Of a stretch of 64,000 nt of DNA, positions 31,202 to 43,644 are shown piece by piece. The stretch is from positions 529,901 through 593,900 of the forward strand of contig CALSPU010000001.1 of the NCBI GenBank assembly GCA_943788315.1. Direction: 5' to 3'. The notes beneath the pieces are model-generated. The model was not told where the DNA came from, made no database searches, and was given only the letters and a program-made list of their open reading frames with translations. The number at the start of each line of letters is the position of its first letter. Position 1 is the first letter of the stretch. This DNA comes from an uncultured Flavobacteriaceae bacterium. GTDB lineage: Bacteria > Bacteroidota > Bacteroidia > Flavobacteriales > Flavobacteriaceae. The translations under genes and the position numbers were made by a program.

Positions 31202-31661
31202 ATATTAAAATAGTTTCTAATTTATGTAACGGTTCATTATTTTCATATTCAAATAATTTAGAGTAATTCATTACATTGGGAATATTATCTAATTTACATA
31301 AATAAGAAATTACAGCTGATAATCCATTGAATAAGGTTTCTTTATGTCTTGGGTTTTGTGGTTTTTGATTGTAATGGCAAAGCGGTGTCTTAAAACCACA
31401 GGCTTCCAGAAAAACCTTTTCAACTTTTAATAATTCCTGAGGACTATATCCATTAAATGTTCTTCCTAATTTTTGATGAACTGTTCCAATATAATTCAAT
31501 TGTAAAGAACCGTGCTCATTGGATAGATGTTTCCAACTATCATGATTGTCTAGAATATTTCCTACAGCACAAGCAGCGCAATCTTCTGGATCAAGTGTAT
31601 GGTTATGAAAGGCTTTGTATAATTTTATGATAGCCTCTTCTAATCTTTTTGGAGTCTTCAT
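31200..31661 (-). CDS. Hypothetical protein with CxxC
   Basis: DCAACAVGNI, GYSPQEL..VE..FL; function unknown. Confidence 0.7.
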   Translation of the reverse strand: MKTPKRLEEAIIKLYKAFHNHTLDPEDCAACAVGNILDNHDSWKHLSNEHGSLQLNYIGTVHQKLGRTFNGYSPQELLKVEKVFLEACGFKTPLCHYNQKPQNPRHKETLFNGLSAVISYLCKLDNIPNVMNYSKLFEYENNEPLHKLETILI

Positions 31662-31843
31662 ACCAATATCTGTTTGTTTACCCTCTAATGTACAAAAGAT
31701 TTTGATTATCTTAAACTATAGGTACTATTTTGTAACGCTCTTTTTAATATTTTAGGATGAGTTTATGTTCTTAACCCTCAAAAATGAGTTCAATTTTAGA
31801 GTAGCACAAATAAACAAGTTACCTTTGTTGAAATTTTTCAAAC

Positions 31844-33199
31844 ATGACTACTTTTAAAGACTTAGACTTATCTAATCAACTTTATAACAGTATAGAAGAG
31901 TTGGGTTTTACACAGCCAACCCCTATTCAAGAAGCTGCTTACTCTGTAGTTCGATCTGGGAAAGACATTGTTGGAATCGCACAAACTGGAACAGGAAAAA
32001 CATTTGCTTATACGTTACCAATCTTGAGAGATTTAAAATTCTCAAAGCAAGCAACGCCTAGAGTTTTAGTTGTAGTTCCAACGCGTGAATTAGTACTCCA
32101 AGTAGTAGATGAAATTGAAAAACTAGCAATATACATTAATATTCGAGTTTTAGGAGTTTATGGAGGAACAAATATTAACACTCAAAAACAAGCAGTAGCT
32201 CAAGGTGTAGATATTATTGTGGCTACCCCAGGAAGATTATACGATTTAGCATTGAGTAATGTGTTGAAATTGAAATCGATTCAAAAACTAGTGATTGACG
32301 AAGTAGATATAATGCTAGATTTAGGATTCCGTTTTCAGTTGCTTAATATTTTTGATTTACTACCAAAATCAAGACAAAATATTATGTTTTCTGCTACCAT
32401 GACCAATGATGTAGATGAATTAATAAAAGATTTTTTTAAATCGCCTAAGAAGATTTCTGTAGCTTTAAGTGGTACACCTTTAGATAATATTAAACAAACC
32501 TCGTATTTAGTTGCTAATTTCTATACAAAGGCAAATCTATTGAATCACTTATTATCCGATAGAGATACCTTTACTAAAGTTCTAGTTTTTGTTTCGAATA
32601 AACGAAGAGCAGATCTCTTATTTAATGTTGTAGAAGAGTTCTTTGGATCAGAGAGTTGTATCATACACTCCAATAAAACTCAAAATTATAGAATTCGTTC
32701 TATTCGCCAGTTTGATGAAGGTATCAACCGTATTTTAGTAGCTACAGATGTCATGGCTCGTGGATTAGATTTAGATGAAATTTCACATGTTATTAATTTT
32801 GATACTCCTTATTTTCCAGAAAATTATATGCATAGAATTGGTAGAACTGGTCGTGCGGAGCGAGAAGGAAGAACCATTTTATTTTCAACAGAGAAAGAGC
32901 AAGAATCAAAAGAAAGAATTGAAACATTAATGAACTATGAAATTCCAGTTCTTGATTTTCCTAATGAAGTAGAAATATCAAAACAATTAACAGAAGAGGA
33001 GCGTCCTAGAGAAGATCAAGAAATTTCAAAAAATAGAGTTTCTGAAGAATATATACCTGGACCTGCTTTTCATGAGAAGAGTGAAAAAAACAAAAAAACA
33101 AATCAAGGAGGTTCTTACAGAAGAGAAATTGCTAAAAAGTATAAAAAACCCAAAACTCGAGGTGATAAGAATTATAACTTAAGAAAAAAGAGGAAATAG
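31844..33199 (+). CDS. DEAD-box RNA helicase (RhlE-like)
   Basis: AQTGTGKT, PTRELV, DEVD, SAT, HRIGRTGRA; basic tail; TACCTTTG upstream. Confidence 0.93.
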   Translation: MTTFKDLDLSNQLYNSIEELGFTQPTPIQEAAYSVVRSGKDIVGIAQTGTGKTFAYTLPILRDLKFSKQATPRVLVVVPTRELVLQVVDEIEKLAIYINIRVLGVYGGTNINTQKQAVAQGVDIIVATPGRLYDLALSNVLKLKSIQKLVIDEVDIMLDLGFRFQLLNIFDLLPKSRQNIMFSATMTNDVDELIKDFFKSPKKISVALSGTPLDNIKQTSYLVANFYTKANLLNHLLSDRDTFTKVLVFVSNKRRADLLFNVVEEFFGSESCIIHSNKTQNYRIRSIRQFDEGINRILVATDVMARGLDLDEISHVINFDTPYFPENYMHRIGRTGRAEREGRTILFSTEKEQESKERIETLMNYEIPVLDFPNEVEISKQLTEEERPREDQEISKNRVSEEYIPGPAFHEKSEKNKKTNQGGSYRREIAKKYKKPKTRGDKNYNLRKKRK

Positions 33200-33231
33200 C
33201 TCATGTTTAAAAATAAGGATACAGAACAATT

Positions 33232-33597
33232 ATGCACGTTTTAACAAAACAAGAATTACATAATCTAGCCATGAACATTGTAGGTAAGAAGCTAGAAAAG
33301 ATGGGGTATGAGTTTCAAGCCATTAATAGTCAATTAAAAAGACATCCACAATTTGTGTTATTTAAAAAAGGAGAGGCTCCTATTTTTGTTTTGGTAAAAG
33401 CCTCTAATAACATTCAGAACCCTGAAGAATATGATGTCTTATGGATGGAGACTTTTAAACAGCATGCAAAAAAGCAAAATGCTAAAGTATGGTTTGCAGG
33501 GGTTGGGATTGCTAACGCAGAAAGTGTAGAGAATCCGGTTTTTAAAGACCAACCTTACTATGTTGCTTTCGAGGATTTTATTAAAATTTTAGACTAA
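33232..33597 (+). CDS. Hypothetical protein, possible degenerate PD-(D/E)xK fold
   Basis: Clean ORF followed by a terminator; pattern LEKMGYEF..HPQFV..IFVLVK. Confidence 0.7.
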   Translation: MHVLTKQELHNLAMNIVGKKLEKMGYEFQAINSQLKRHPQFVLFKKGEAPIFVLVKASNNIQNPEEYDVLWMETFKQHAKKQNAKVWFAGVGIANAESVENPVFKDQPYYVAFEDFIKILD

Positions 33598-33627
33598 AAA
33601 AAGCATCACTTTAGTGATGCTTTTTTT
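33596..33627. terminator. Bidirectional terminator
   Basis: A7-GCATCACT-TT-AGTGATGC-T7. Confidence 0.85.
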
Positions 33628-33644
33628 ATTTATTGATGAGTTAA

Positions 33645-34490
33645 TTACTCAGCTTTGGTCTCTAACATTTCAAAGAATTGACCAATTTTAGGTAAAATAA
33701 TAATCTTAGTTCTTCTATTTTTTGATTTGTTAGCAGGAGTATCATTTGGAGCTAACGGAACATAACTACTTCTACCAGCAGCAATTAATCTACTCGGTTC
33801 TACTGCGAATTCGGTTTGTAATATTCTAGTGATTGAGGTAGCTCTCTTGGTAGATAAATCCCAATTGTCTGTAATAATTTCATTGCTAATAGGTGTTGCA
33901 TCTGTATGACCTTCAATCATCACATCCATATCTGGCTGGCTGTTAATAACAGTAGCAACTTTTTCTAGAACAGGAAATGCTTTTTCTGTGATCGTATAAC
34001 TTCCACTTTTAAATAATAGTTTATCAGATATAGAGATAAAAACAACAGTTTTTTCAACATTAATTTCAATATCCTCATCATCAATACCCTCTTGCAATTC
34101 CTTTTTCAAGTTGAAAGCTACAACTAAATTTAAAGAATCTTTTTTTGTAGCAGCAGCTCTAATTCTATTAATATACTTGTCTTTTTTACTTAATTGAGCA
34201 AGTGTTTCTTTAATATTATCTGTAGCTCCTTGAGTTAATACGGTCAAGTTATCAACATATTCTAAGGTCTTTTTCTTATCATTTTTTAAATCAGCAATGA
34301 TATTATTTAAGTTTGCTACATCTGCATCACATTTTTCATTATCAATAACACATTTTGTTAAACTACTTTTCACCGCTAGAAGTTCATCTTTGGTTTTATT
34401 GTGTTTAGATTGAAGTGCTGCATGTTCTTTCTTAGAAATACAAGAGCTAATGAAAACTACAGAAACTAGTAATACAATTATTTTTTTCAT
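33645..34490 (-). CDS. OmpA/MotB-domain coiled-coil lipoprotein
   Basis: Lipobox ISSC; coiled coil; LLFKSGS, EGHTD, NWDLSTKRA, NRRT. Confidence 0.88.
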   Translation of the reverse strand: MKKIIVLLVSVVFISSCISKKEHAALQSKHNKTKDELLAVKSSLTKCVIDNEKCDADVANLNNIIADLKNDKKKTLEYVDNLTVLTQGATDNIKETLAQLSKKDKYINRIRAAATKKDSLNLVVAFNLKKELQEGIDDEDIEINVEKTVVFISISDKLLFKSGSYTITEKAFPVLEKVATVINSQPDMDVMIEGHTDATPISNEIITDNWDLSTKRATSITRILQTEFAVEPSRLIAAGRSSYVPLAPNDTPANKSKNRRTKIIILPKIGQFFEMLETKAE

Positions 34491-34620
34491 TTTTTAGTTA
34501 TTGAAAATTATTACTAACAAAGTTAAAAATATTGAGATTAAAACCATAGTGATTAACAAATATTTATGAACGATTTTAAAAAACATTAAATTGTATCTTT
34601 GTGGGCTAAAAACTTAATTG

Positions 34621-35598
34621 ATGAAAAAGGCTATTTTTATTTTTTTATTCTCTTCACTTTTTACGTTTACCTCATGTAAAAAAGAGCCTAATACACCGAT
34701 AAAACTTCAAGGGTATGTTTTTGGAACGACCTACACTATAATTTATTATGATGTTGCTATTAATTTCAAAAAAGACATTACTCAATTATTTAATGAGGTA
34801 AATCAATCTACTTCAACATATATATATTCATCAGATATATCAAGAATTAACAGGGGTGAAAAAGGCGTAAAAGTTGATAAATACTTCCAAGAGATATTTA
34901 CTAAAACAACTCAAATCTTTAATGAAACTAATGGTTATTTTGACCCTACTGTTGGAAATTTGGTTAATGCATGGGGATTTGGGCCAGAAAAACCTTTAAA
35001 TGATTTAGATAGTAGCAAAGTAAAAGAATTAATGAGATTTGTTGGTTTTGATAAAGTGAAATTAGTTGATAATGAAATTATTAAAGAGTATTCTGAAACC
35101 TATTTTGATTTTAATTCTATTGGAAAAGGATATGGTTTAGATGTTATCGCTAGATTTTTAGAATCTAAAGGGGTTAAAAATTATTTAGTTGAAATTGGTG
35201 GTGAACTAAGATTGAAAGGAACCAAACCAACTGGAAAGTTATGGACCATTCAATTAGACGATCCAAATACAGATGGATCACGCTCTGCTTACAAAAAATT
35301 AAACTTGACCAACATTTCTATGGCAAGTTCTGGAAATTATAGGAAATTCAGAATTGCCACAAATGGAGAAAAATATGTTCATACAATCAACCCCAAAACA
35401 GGTTATGCAACTGAAAGTAATTTATTGGCTGCAACTGTAATTGCAGAATTAGATTGTGCTGATGTTGATGCCTATGCAACAGCTTTTATGGCTATGGGAT
35501 TTGAAAAAACCAAAAAGTTTTTACAAGCCAAACCGAATTTAAAAGTAGTGTTAATTTATGTAGATGAAAATGGTAAGTTATTGGAGTTTGAGAACTAA
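34621..35598 (+). CDS. apbE: FAD:protein FMN transferase
   Basis: Lipoprotein; FDPTVG, SIGKGY, EIGGE, ASSGNYR, HTINPKTG, DAYATA. Confidence 0.93.
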   Translation: MKKAIFIFLFSSLFTFTSCKKEPNTPIKLQGYVFGTTYTIIYYDVAINFKKDITQLFNEVNQSTSTYIYSSDISRINRGEKGVKVDKYFQEIFTKTTQIFNETNGYFDPTVGNLVNAWGFGPEKPLNDLDSSKVKELMRFVGFDKVKLVDNEIIKEYSETYFDFNSIGKGYGLDVIARFLESKGVKNYLVEIGGELRLKGTKPTGKLWTIQLDDPNTDGSRSAYKKLNLTNISMASSGNYRKFRIATNGEKYVHTINPKTGYATESNLLAATVIAELDCADVDAYATAFMAMGFEKTKKFLQAKPNLKVVLIYVDENGKLLEFEN

Positions 35599-36356
35599 TT
35601 TTTAAAAACTACTGGTAATAGTTCACCTTCCATTAATCGATATCTACTTAAAAGTTCTGAAGAAATTTTTTGAGAATAATTAACTTCTTCAACGTTAAAA
35701 CCTATCGATCGAAGTTTATCAAAATAATCTCTTCCATAAACTCTTACATGATCATATTGCCCAAATATTTTAGCTCTTTCTTTAGGGTCTGTTATTGAAT
35801 TATCCTCAAAAGTTACATCGCGATTTAAGTCTTGAGGAACTTGAAAAATTCCCATTCCTCCTTTTTTCATAACTCTAAATAATTCTTTCATAGCTTTAGT
35901 ATCATCCTGAACATGTTCTAATACATGATTGCAAAAAATAACATCAAAAGAATTATCATTGAATGGTAAATTAATAATGTCTGCTTTTACATCTGCAATT
36001 GGCGAATCTAAATCTGCAGTTTTATAGTCATGATTTAATTTTCTGAAACGGGCAAGGAAACATTGTTCAGGAGCCATGTGTAAAACCTTTTTCTTTGATG
36101 TAAAGAAGTCGGTTTCATTTGTTAAATACAACCACAGTAATCTGTGACGCTCTAGAGATAAGGTGCTTGGTGATAGTACATTTTGTCTTTGAACTTGGTA
36201 GCCATAAGGTAAAAACTTACGAAAACTTTTATTGTCTATGGGGTCTGTATATTTATTTCCTTTTAAATAAAAGGCAATAAAAGGCCTTACTACATAACTT
36301 AATTTGATAAGTAATGGGCGTGGAACTCTATTTAATATGATTTTGAATATTTTCAA
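35595..36356 (-). CDS. Class I SAM-dependent methyltransferase
   Basis: [28 protein letters not shown]. Confidence 0.85.
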   Translation of the reverse strand: MKIFKIILNRVPRPLLIKLSYVVRPFIAFYLKGNKYTDPIDNKSFRKFLPYGYQVQRQNVLSPSTLSLERHRLLWLYLTNETDFFTSKKKVLHMAPEQCFLARFRKLNHDYKTADLDSPIADVKADIINLPFNDNSFDVIFCNHVLEHVQDDTKAMKELFRVMKKGGMGIFQVPQDLNRDVTFEDNSITDPKERAKIFGQYDHVRVYGRDYFDKLRSIGFNVEEVNYSQKISSELLSRYRLMEGELLPVVFKN

Positions 36357-36365
36357 TAAACAGGT

Positions 36366-37183
36366 TTACAACGTTGTACTATTGAACTCAAGCTCTTCAT
36401 CACTAACAATCCCCAGAGCATCATAAATGTACTTAAACGTAGACAGGAGTTCTGGTTTACCGTTACAATTGCAATATCATGTTCAAAATGAGCACTGGGT
36501 TTACCATCTTTTGTAAGTATAGTCCATCCGTCACTAAGGTGATTAATTCTGTGTGTACCCAAATTAATCATAGGTTCAATAGCTACTACCATTCCGTTCA
36601 TCAGTTTTTTTCCTCTGCCTCGCTTTTACCATAGTTTGGCATCTCAGGATCTTCGTGCATTTTTCTTCCCAAGTCCGTGACCAACCAAGTTCTCTCACCA
36701 CACCATAGCCTCTGTCTTCACAATATTTTTGTATGGCATATCCAACATCACCGACTCTATTCCCAACTTTTAATTGACGAATTCCCTCATATAAACTTTG
36801 TTTGGTGACTTCGAGTAATTTTCTTGTTTCTTCTTCAATTTCTCCAACAGCAAAGGTGTAGGCATGATCTCCATAAAAGCCATTTTTTAAAGCACCACAA
36901 TCTATTGAAATGATATCGCCCTCTTGCAGAGGTTTGTCATTTGGGATTCCATGAACAACTTGTGCATTTGGGCTCATGCATAGTGTATTTGGAAAATCAT
37001 ATCAACCCTAAAAAACCTGGGATAGCATCTTGAGAACGAATATATTCTTCAGCTATTTTATCTAAAAATAAGGTAGTAACTCCAGGTTTTACTTCTCTTG
37101 GCAAGTATTCCTAGGGTTCTAGAAACCACAAGTGCGCTTTCACGCATGATTTCTATCTCTTCACTATTTTTTATTTTAATCAT
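36366..37183 (-). CDS. map: Type I methionyl aminopeptidase; several indels, likely errors
   Basis: VVHGIP, ISIDCG, GDHAYT, AIEPM, SAHFEHD across fragments; start [10 protein letters not shown] at 37183. Confidence 0.9.
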
Positions 37184-37219
37184 AGTAAAATTTAAAGTGT
37201 AAAGATAACATTAATAGTT

Positions 37220-37735
37220 TTATTTTTGGTATGGGTGTTTGTAATTCCCTCCTCGCAAGATTTTCAATATATCCTTTTCTATTGTTTTTTTGGAATGTTC
37301 TACAAAGCGACCAATCTCTTTGCCATCCCTAAAATAAATAAATGTGGGGGTATGTCTTATCGCAAATCCTTTTTGAAGATTAGTTGGAGTTTTCTTTCCA
37401 ATAGTAATTCCAATCATTTTAAAATCATTTTCAAGATCAAATCCAGCTAACTCCATGATTTTATAAAACCTTGGGAGTTCTCTTTTACTATCATGGCACC
37501 AACTTCCAATAAAAGATTTAATTGAAATATTGTTGAGTTTTTTTTTGATTTTCTGAACTATTTTTGGGTCTGGAGTATATGCATCATAATTTTTTGAGAA
37601 CCAATCTTTGTATTTTCCATTTAAGAAATCAGACTTTTTAAGATATCCAACTAAATTACCATTGATATTTCTCTTTTCTTGCGCATTGACCAATAAAAAC
37701 GAACACAAGAAAATTACAAATAAAAGCTTCTTCAT
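37220..37735 (-). CDS. Exported thioredoxin-family protein (single-Cys WCHDS)
   Basis: Signal peptide; GSWCHDS; TPTFI; EIGR. Confidence 0.8.
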   Translation of the reverse strand: MKKLLFVIFLCSFLLVNAQEKRNINGNLVGYLKKSDFLNGKYKDWFSKNYDAYTPDPKIVQKIKKKLNNISIKSFIGSWCHDSKRELPRFYKIMELAGFDLENDFKMIGITIGKKTPTNLQKGFAIRHTPTFIYFRDGKEIGRFVEHSKKTIEKDILKILRGGNYKHPYQK

Positions 37736-37736
37736 C

Positions 37737-39257
37737 TTAAAGTAGTGATTTTCTTGTCATTTCTTTTGGTTGTTCAACACCCATTAATTCTAAGATTGTG
37801 GGAGCTATATCTCCAAGTACACCATTATTTATTGATTGAATTTCTTTATCAATAAGAATCATTGGAACAGGGTTTGTTGTGTGAGCAGTATGTGGGCTTC
37901 CGTCTGGGTTCATCATCGTTTCACAATTTCCGTGATCAGCAATCAGAAGGGTTGAGTACCCATTTTGTAAGCCGGTAGAAATCACCTCTTTTGTGCATTT
38001 GTCAACCGTTTCACAAGCTTTTACTGCTGCGTCAAACACTCCTGTATGTCCAACCATATCTCCATTAGCAAAATTCAAGCATACAAAATCTACTTCTCCC
38101 TTTTCTAACTCAGGTACAATAGCATCCCTTATTTCGTAGGCACTCATTTCTGGTTTTAAATCGTAGGTTGCTACTTTTGGTGACGGACAAAGAAGTCTTT
38201 TTTCTCCTATCAAATTCTTTTTCTCTTCCACCTGAAAAGAAAAAAGTAACATGAGGGTATTTTTCAGTTTCAGCGATTCTAATCTGCTTTTTATTCTGCT
38301 GTTCTCTAAAACTTCCCCCAACGTGTTTTCAATATTTTCACTGTTGTAAACCACTTTAATGTCTTTGAAAGTTTTGTCATAATTAGTTAACGTAACAAAG
38401 TATAATGGAATTTTGTGCATGTTATATTCCTCATTATTATTTTGGCTCAACACTTCTGTTAATTGTCTTCCTCTGTCTGTTCTAAAATTGAAGAAAATGA
38501 CAACATCATCTTTTTTAATAGAGGCTTTAGGCTTATTGTTTTCATCAACCATAATTATAGGTTTAATGAACTCATCAGTTATTTTATTGTCATAACTTTT
38601 TTGAATATTAGCTGTTGCGTTAGTTGAGTGTTCTCCAATTCCATTAACCAATGCATCATAGGCCAATTTTACTCTTTCCCATCTATTATCTCTATCCATT
38701 GCATAATATCTACCTGTAACAGAGGCTAATTCTCCAGTAGTACTTTTCATATGCTTTTGAATATCATCAATAAAATAAGCACCTGATTTTGGATCACAAT
38801 CTCTTCCATCAGTAAACGCATGAAGAAAAACATTTTTTACTCCATGTTCATTAGCAGCACTAAGTAAACCCTTTACGTGATTGATATGAGAATGAATACC
38901 TCCATTAGACACCAACCCTAATAAATGCACATTTTTTTGATGATCCTTTGCATATTTAAAAGCTTTTAATAATTCTTTCTCTTTAGATAATTTACCTTCT
39001 CTAACGGCAATATTAATTTTTGCAAGATTTTGATAAACAATTCTACCAGCACCTAAATTCATGTGACCTACTTCAGAATTTCCCATTTGACCTTCAGGTA
39101 AACCTACATGTTCACCGTCGGTTCTCAATTCCGAGGATGGGTAGCTATCATAAAGTGAATTAATGTAGGGTGTTTTTGCATTAAAAATTGCAGAAACTTT
39201 TGGGTCTTGGGTAATTCCCCAGCCGTCTAAAATTAATAAGATTACTTTCTTGTTCAT
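37737..39257 (-). CDS. gpmI: 2,3-bisphosphoglycerate-independent phosphoglycerate mutase
   Basis: [30 protein letters not shown]; [16 protein letters not shown] lies out of frame at ~38220-38295 between compensating indels. Confidence 0.95.
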   Translation of the reverse strand: MNKKVILLILDGWGITQDPKVSAIFNAKTPYINSLYDSYPSSELRTDGEHVGLPEGQMGNSEVGHMNLGAGRIVYQNLAKINIAVREGKLSKEKELLKAFKYAKDHQKNVHLLGLVSNGGIHSHINHVKGLLSAANEHGVKNVFLHAFTDGRDCDPKSGAYFIDDIQKHMKSTTGELASVTGRYYAMDRDNRWERVKLAYDALVNGIGEHSTNATANIQKSYDNKITDEFIKPIIMVDENNKPKASIKKDDVVIFFNFRTDRGRQLTEVLSQNNNEEYNMHKIPLYFVTLTNYDKTFKDIKVVYNSENIENTLGEVLENSRIKSRLESLKLKNTLMLLFSFQVEEKKNLIGEKRLLCPSPKVATYDLKPEMSAYEIRDAIVPELEKGEVDFVCLNFANGDMVGHTGVFDAAVKACETVDKCTKEVISTGLQNGYSTLLIADHGNCETMMNPDGSPHTAHTTNPVPMILIDKEIQSINNGVLGDIAPTILELMGVEQPKEMTRKSLL

Positions 39258-39511
39258 GATGTGTTTTGAATTGTAAAAGTAAGAAAGATTTTAAGGTGTT
39301 TATTAAAATTTTGCGAAACCGATTCAGTAATTCATTATAAAGATAATACTTGATCTATTGATTGCGACTTTTTTTATTTTAACTTCTATTGGCAATTGAT
39401 CACATTTGATTAATTCAATAATTAATTTAGCGTACCAAAACCATGTTAATTCCTCTATTTATCTGTATAAAATGTTTAATTTTACGAAATAAATTTAACA
39501 ACAAAACTATT

Positions 39512-39823
39512 ATGAGTTTATTTGGAATGTTTAGCAATAAAGATGCTACAAATAAAATTGAGGAATATTTGAAAAAAGGAGCTATTATTTTAGATGTTAG
39601 AACTCTTCAAGAATGGAATGAGGGGCATATTAATGGTTCAGAGCATATTGTTTTAAATTCTATTCCTGATCATATAGAACGTATCAAAGGATTTCAAAAA
39701 CCTATAATAGCAGTTTGTAAAAGTGGAGGTAGAAGTCAGAGTGCTACAGATTTTTTGCTACAACATGGATTAGACATCATTAACGGAGGTCCTTGGGGTA
39801 ACGTTTCAAAATTTATAGACTAA
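39512..39823 (+). CDS. Rhodanese-like domain protein
   Basis: LDVRT..EW..GH; CKSGGRS. Confidence 0.88.
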   Translation: MSLFGMFSNKDATNKIEEYLKKGAIILDVRTLQEWNEGHINGSEHIVLNSIPDHIERIKGFQKPIIAVCKSGGRSQSATDFLLQHGLDIINGGPWGNVSKFID

Positions 39824-39840
39824 CCTGAAGTTTATTTTTT

Positions 39841-40796
39841 TTAAAAAGAAATGTGAGAATATTTTTTTTTAAGGGTTTCGATTTTTTCTTGAAGAGAAGA
39901 TAAAAATTGCTGATGTTTTTTAGAATTTGGGTTGAAAGGTTTGTGTTCAAGACCTCTCTGAATTTTAATCACTTCCTTTTTTAATTCAAGTGCTTCATCG
40001 GATAACCAATTTTCATAAAACTTTTTCCCAAATATAATTTATCGCAATATCATTTGGGTGAATCATGTCTTCTTTGTAAAATCGATAATCCCTCAATTCA
40101 TCCATCATAATCTCATAACTTGGGAAATAGAAACTGTTTTCTATGTTTTGGTATGATTTGATGAAGAGCTGAAATCAAATGAGATTTACTCTGTTGATTT
40201 TCAATAAATCCATCTTTTAAATGACGAATGGGGGATACCGTAAAAATGAAATTTATATCTGCATTAACTTTTCTAACCAAAGAAATTATTGACGAAAGGC
40301 TTTTATTAATTTCGGCTAATTGGTAACTAGTTCCTTTTTAAATTTATGTTGAGGAGACTTTATGGCAATTAGCAACAATTTCATCAGTTTCCAACAAACG
40401 GTACACCCAAGATGTTCCTAGGGTAATTATGATATGACTACTACTTTGTAAAGCTGTGTTTATTGATACAGATGCCTTATTAAGTTGATCCAAAGCTTCC
40501 TCTTTTGATGAGGAACTCAGTTTTGAATGTGCTTCAAAAGATTGCCAACGTTCATTTAAAAAAAAGAGGTCCTTTTCAGTATATTCTTTTTTAGTAATGG
40601 CATTTTTAATAACTGATTCAATTGCTTTTGGATGAAATAAAATACCAAAAGGATTAAGTATCGACTGAAATTTATGATACCTTAATTTTTGCCCAATATT
40701 ATCTGAAAAACAAGAACCTAGTAAAATTATCTTTGAGTTGTAATCTATAGGATTGCTGGAATTTTTAGAAAATGGTATGTGAGTTTGAAGATTCAA
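39841..40796 (-). CDS. GSCFA-domain protein (SGNH-like); frameshifted
   Basis: LGSCFS, NPFG, TLGTSW, VANCHK; downstream TVSPIRHLKDG and YFPSYEIMMDELRDYRFY. Confidence 0.85.
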
Positions 40797-40866
40797 AAAC
40801 TGGTTTTAACTTGAGTTCCCTTTTTTATTGATTATTTTTAATTTATAACAACCGACCGATAAAATG

Positions 40867-43483
40867 TTAATCCAAATATGTTATAGCTTTTTCTAAAGCC
40901 TCCTGAATTCCTAAAGGGTTTTTTCCACCTGCTGTTGCAAAAAATGCTTGACCGCCGCCGCCACCTTGAATATACTTTCCTAATTCTCTAACAATGGTTC
41001 CTGCATTTAGATTTTTACTCTCCACAATTTCTTTTGATACATAACAGGTTAAGATCGCTTTTCCATTTATTTCAGCTCCAAACAATAAGAATAAATTTTT
41101 AAACTCACTCCCTAATTCGAATGCCAGCGTTTTGATACTATTTGCATCTAAATCAATTTTTTTTGCTAAAAATTGAACTTCATTGATTTCTTTGAGTTCA
41201 TTTTTCAAATCATTTTTAAGATGCTTAGCTTTTGCTTTTATCAACTGATCTAGTTGTTTCTTTAATGCACTATTTTCTTGCTGTAGGGCAAGAATTGCTT
41301 TAATAGGCTCTTTTGGATTATTAAGTACGTCCTTAATCTCCTGGAAGCTACTGTTATTTTCTAAATAATATGCTTTAGTAGCATCCATAGTAATTGCTTC
41401 AATTCTTCTTATACCAGCAGCTACAGCTCCCTCAGATTTAATTTTGAAATGCCAAATTTCTGAGGTATTTGTGACGTGAGTTCCTCCACATAATTCAATA
41501 GATTGTCCAAAACGAATAGATCTGACTTGATCTCCATATTTTTCACCAAATAAACTTATTGCACCTTCAGCAATTGCTTCTTCTTTTGGGATACTACGTT
41601 TTTCTTCCAAAGGAAGTTTTCCTTCAATTCTCGCATTCACAAAATATTCCACATCATGTAACTCCTCTGAAGTTAATTTTGAAAAATGAGAAAAATCAAA
41701 CCGTAAATGTTTAGAATTTACAGCACTCCCTTTTTGTTCAACATGTGTTCCTAATACTTCACGAAGGGCTTGGTGAAGAAGATGAGTTGCACTGTGGTTT
41801 GCTGAGGTTCTATGACGTTGTTTTTGATCTACAACAGCATTAAAGGGTTCTTCTAGATTTTTTGGTAAGTTATTTGTAAAATGAATAATAACATTATTCT
41901 CTTTTTTAGTATTCAGTATATAAAGCACATCTCCATGAATATCTTCCAAATACCCTTTGTCGCCAACTTGTCCTCCACCCTCTGGATAGAAAGGGGTTTG
42001 GTTAAAAACTAATTGATATTGATCCCCTTCTTTTTTTGATGTAACTTTTCTAAAGCGAGTAATTTTTACTTCAGACTCCGTTGCGTCATAACCGTCAAAA
42101 CCTACTTCAGTAATATTACTAATTTGGGTCCAATCCTCAGTAGAGGATTCACTTGCAGAACGTGAACGTTCTTTTTGTTTTTTCATTTCAATATGAAAAT
42201 CGTCTTCGTTTAAAACGAACCCTTTTTCTCTTAAAATTAGCGAAGTCAAATCTATTGGAAATCCAAATGTATCATACAATTCAAAAGCTTTTTTACCTGA
42301 AATTTGTTTAGAATCTGAAGTTTCAATAATTGTATCTAATAATATAAGTCCTTGATCTAATGTTCTTAAAAAAGAAGTTTCTTCTTCTTTTATTACATTT
42401 TCAATCAATTGTTTCTGTGCTTTTAATTCTGGAAATGCAGTTCCCATTTTTTCAGAAAGAATGTTTATCAATCTATACATAAAAGGTTCCTTTTTATGTA
42501 GGAATGTAAATCCGTAACGAACAGCTCTTCTCAAAATTCTTCGGATCACATAGCCTGCACCTGTATTACTAGGTAATTGTCCATCTGCAATTGAAAAAGC
42601 AACAGCTCTTACATGATCCACAATTACTCTTATAGCAATATCTTCTTTTTCATTTTCACCATAAATTACAGAAGAAATTGCTTCGATTTCTCTAATTAAT
42701 GGAGTAAAAATATCTGTATCATAATTAGATTTTACATTTTGTAAAACCATACATAGACGCTCAAACCCCATTCCTGTATCGATATGTTTTGCTGGTAAGT
42801 CCTCTAGGGTTCCATTTGCTTTTCTATTGTATTGCATAAAAACCAAGTTCCAGATCTCAACGACTTGTGGATGATCCATGTTTACTAAACTTTTTCCATC
42901 TACAGCTGCCTTTTCTTCATCAGTTCTAATATCTACATGAATTTCTGAACACGGTCCACAAGGACCTTGTTCACCCATTTCCCAGAAATTATCTTTTTTG
43001 TCACCCATTAAGATACGATCTTCAGGAACAATTTCCTTCCAAAAATCCAATGCTTCTTGATCAATTGGCAAATTATCTCTATCAGTGCTACCCTCAAAAA
43101 TTGTAACGTAAAGCATATTTTCAGAGATTCCATATACCTCAGTTAATAATTCCCAAGCCCATGTTATAGCCTCTTTTTTGAAATAATCTCCAAAGCTCCA
43201 ATTGCCTAACATTTCAAACATGGTATGGTGATAGGTGTCGTATCCAACCTCCTCTAAATCATTGTGTTTTCCAGAAACTCTAAGACATTTTTGCGTGTCA
43301 GATATTCTAGTATTCTTTGGATTTTTATTTCCTAAAAAATATTCTTTGAATGGAGCCATTCCTGAATTAGTAAACATCAAGGTAGGATCATCTTTCAAAA
43401 CCATAGGAGATGAAGCGAACAATTTGATGAGATTTTTCTTTAAAAAAATTTAAAAAATGAGAACGAATTTCTTTAGATTTCAT
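40867..43483 (-). CDS. alaS: Alanine--tRNA ligase; indel near the 5' end
   Basis: [41 protein letters not shown] editing site; true start MKSKEIR at 43483. Confidence 0.97.
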
Positions 43484-43644
43484 AAATCAAAAGTTGATTT
43501 TCTATTACCGTTAATGTTAAAATTTATACTAGAAATGAGTCAAAGTTATTGTTAGTGAAACATTTTGTAAATTTGCTTTTGTTAATTTATAAATTACTTT
43601 CTCTTATTGTAGTTTATAGTAACAAAAGTAGCATATTTAGATTT

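Noticed and set aside
33645-34490. Flagellar stator MotB
   Set aside because: It is a lipoprotein with no MotB TM Asp helix and no motA; only the OmpA-like peptidoglycan-binding domain is shared
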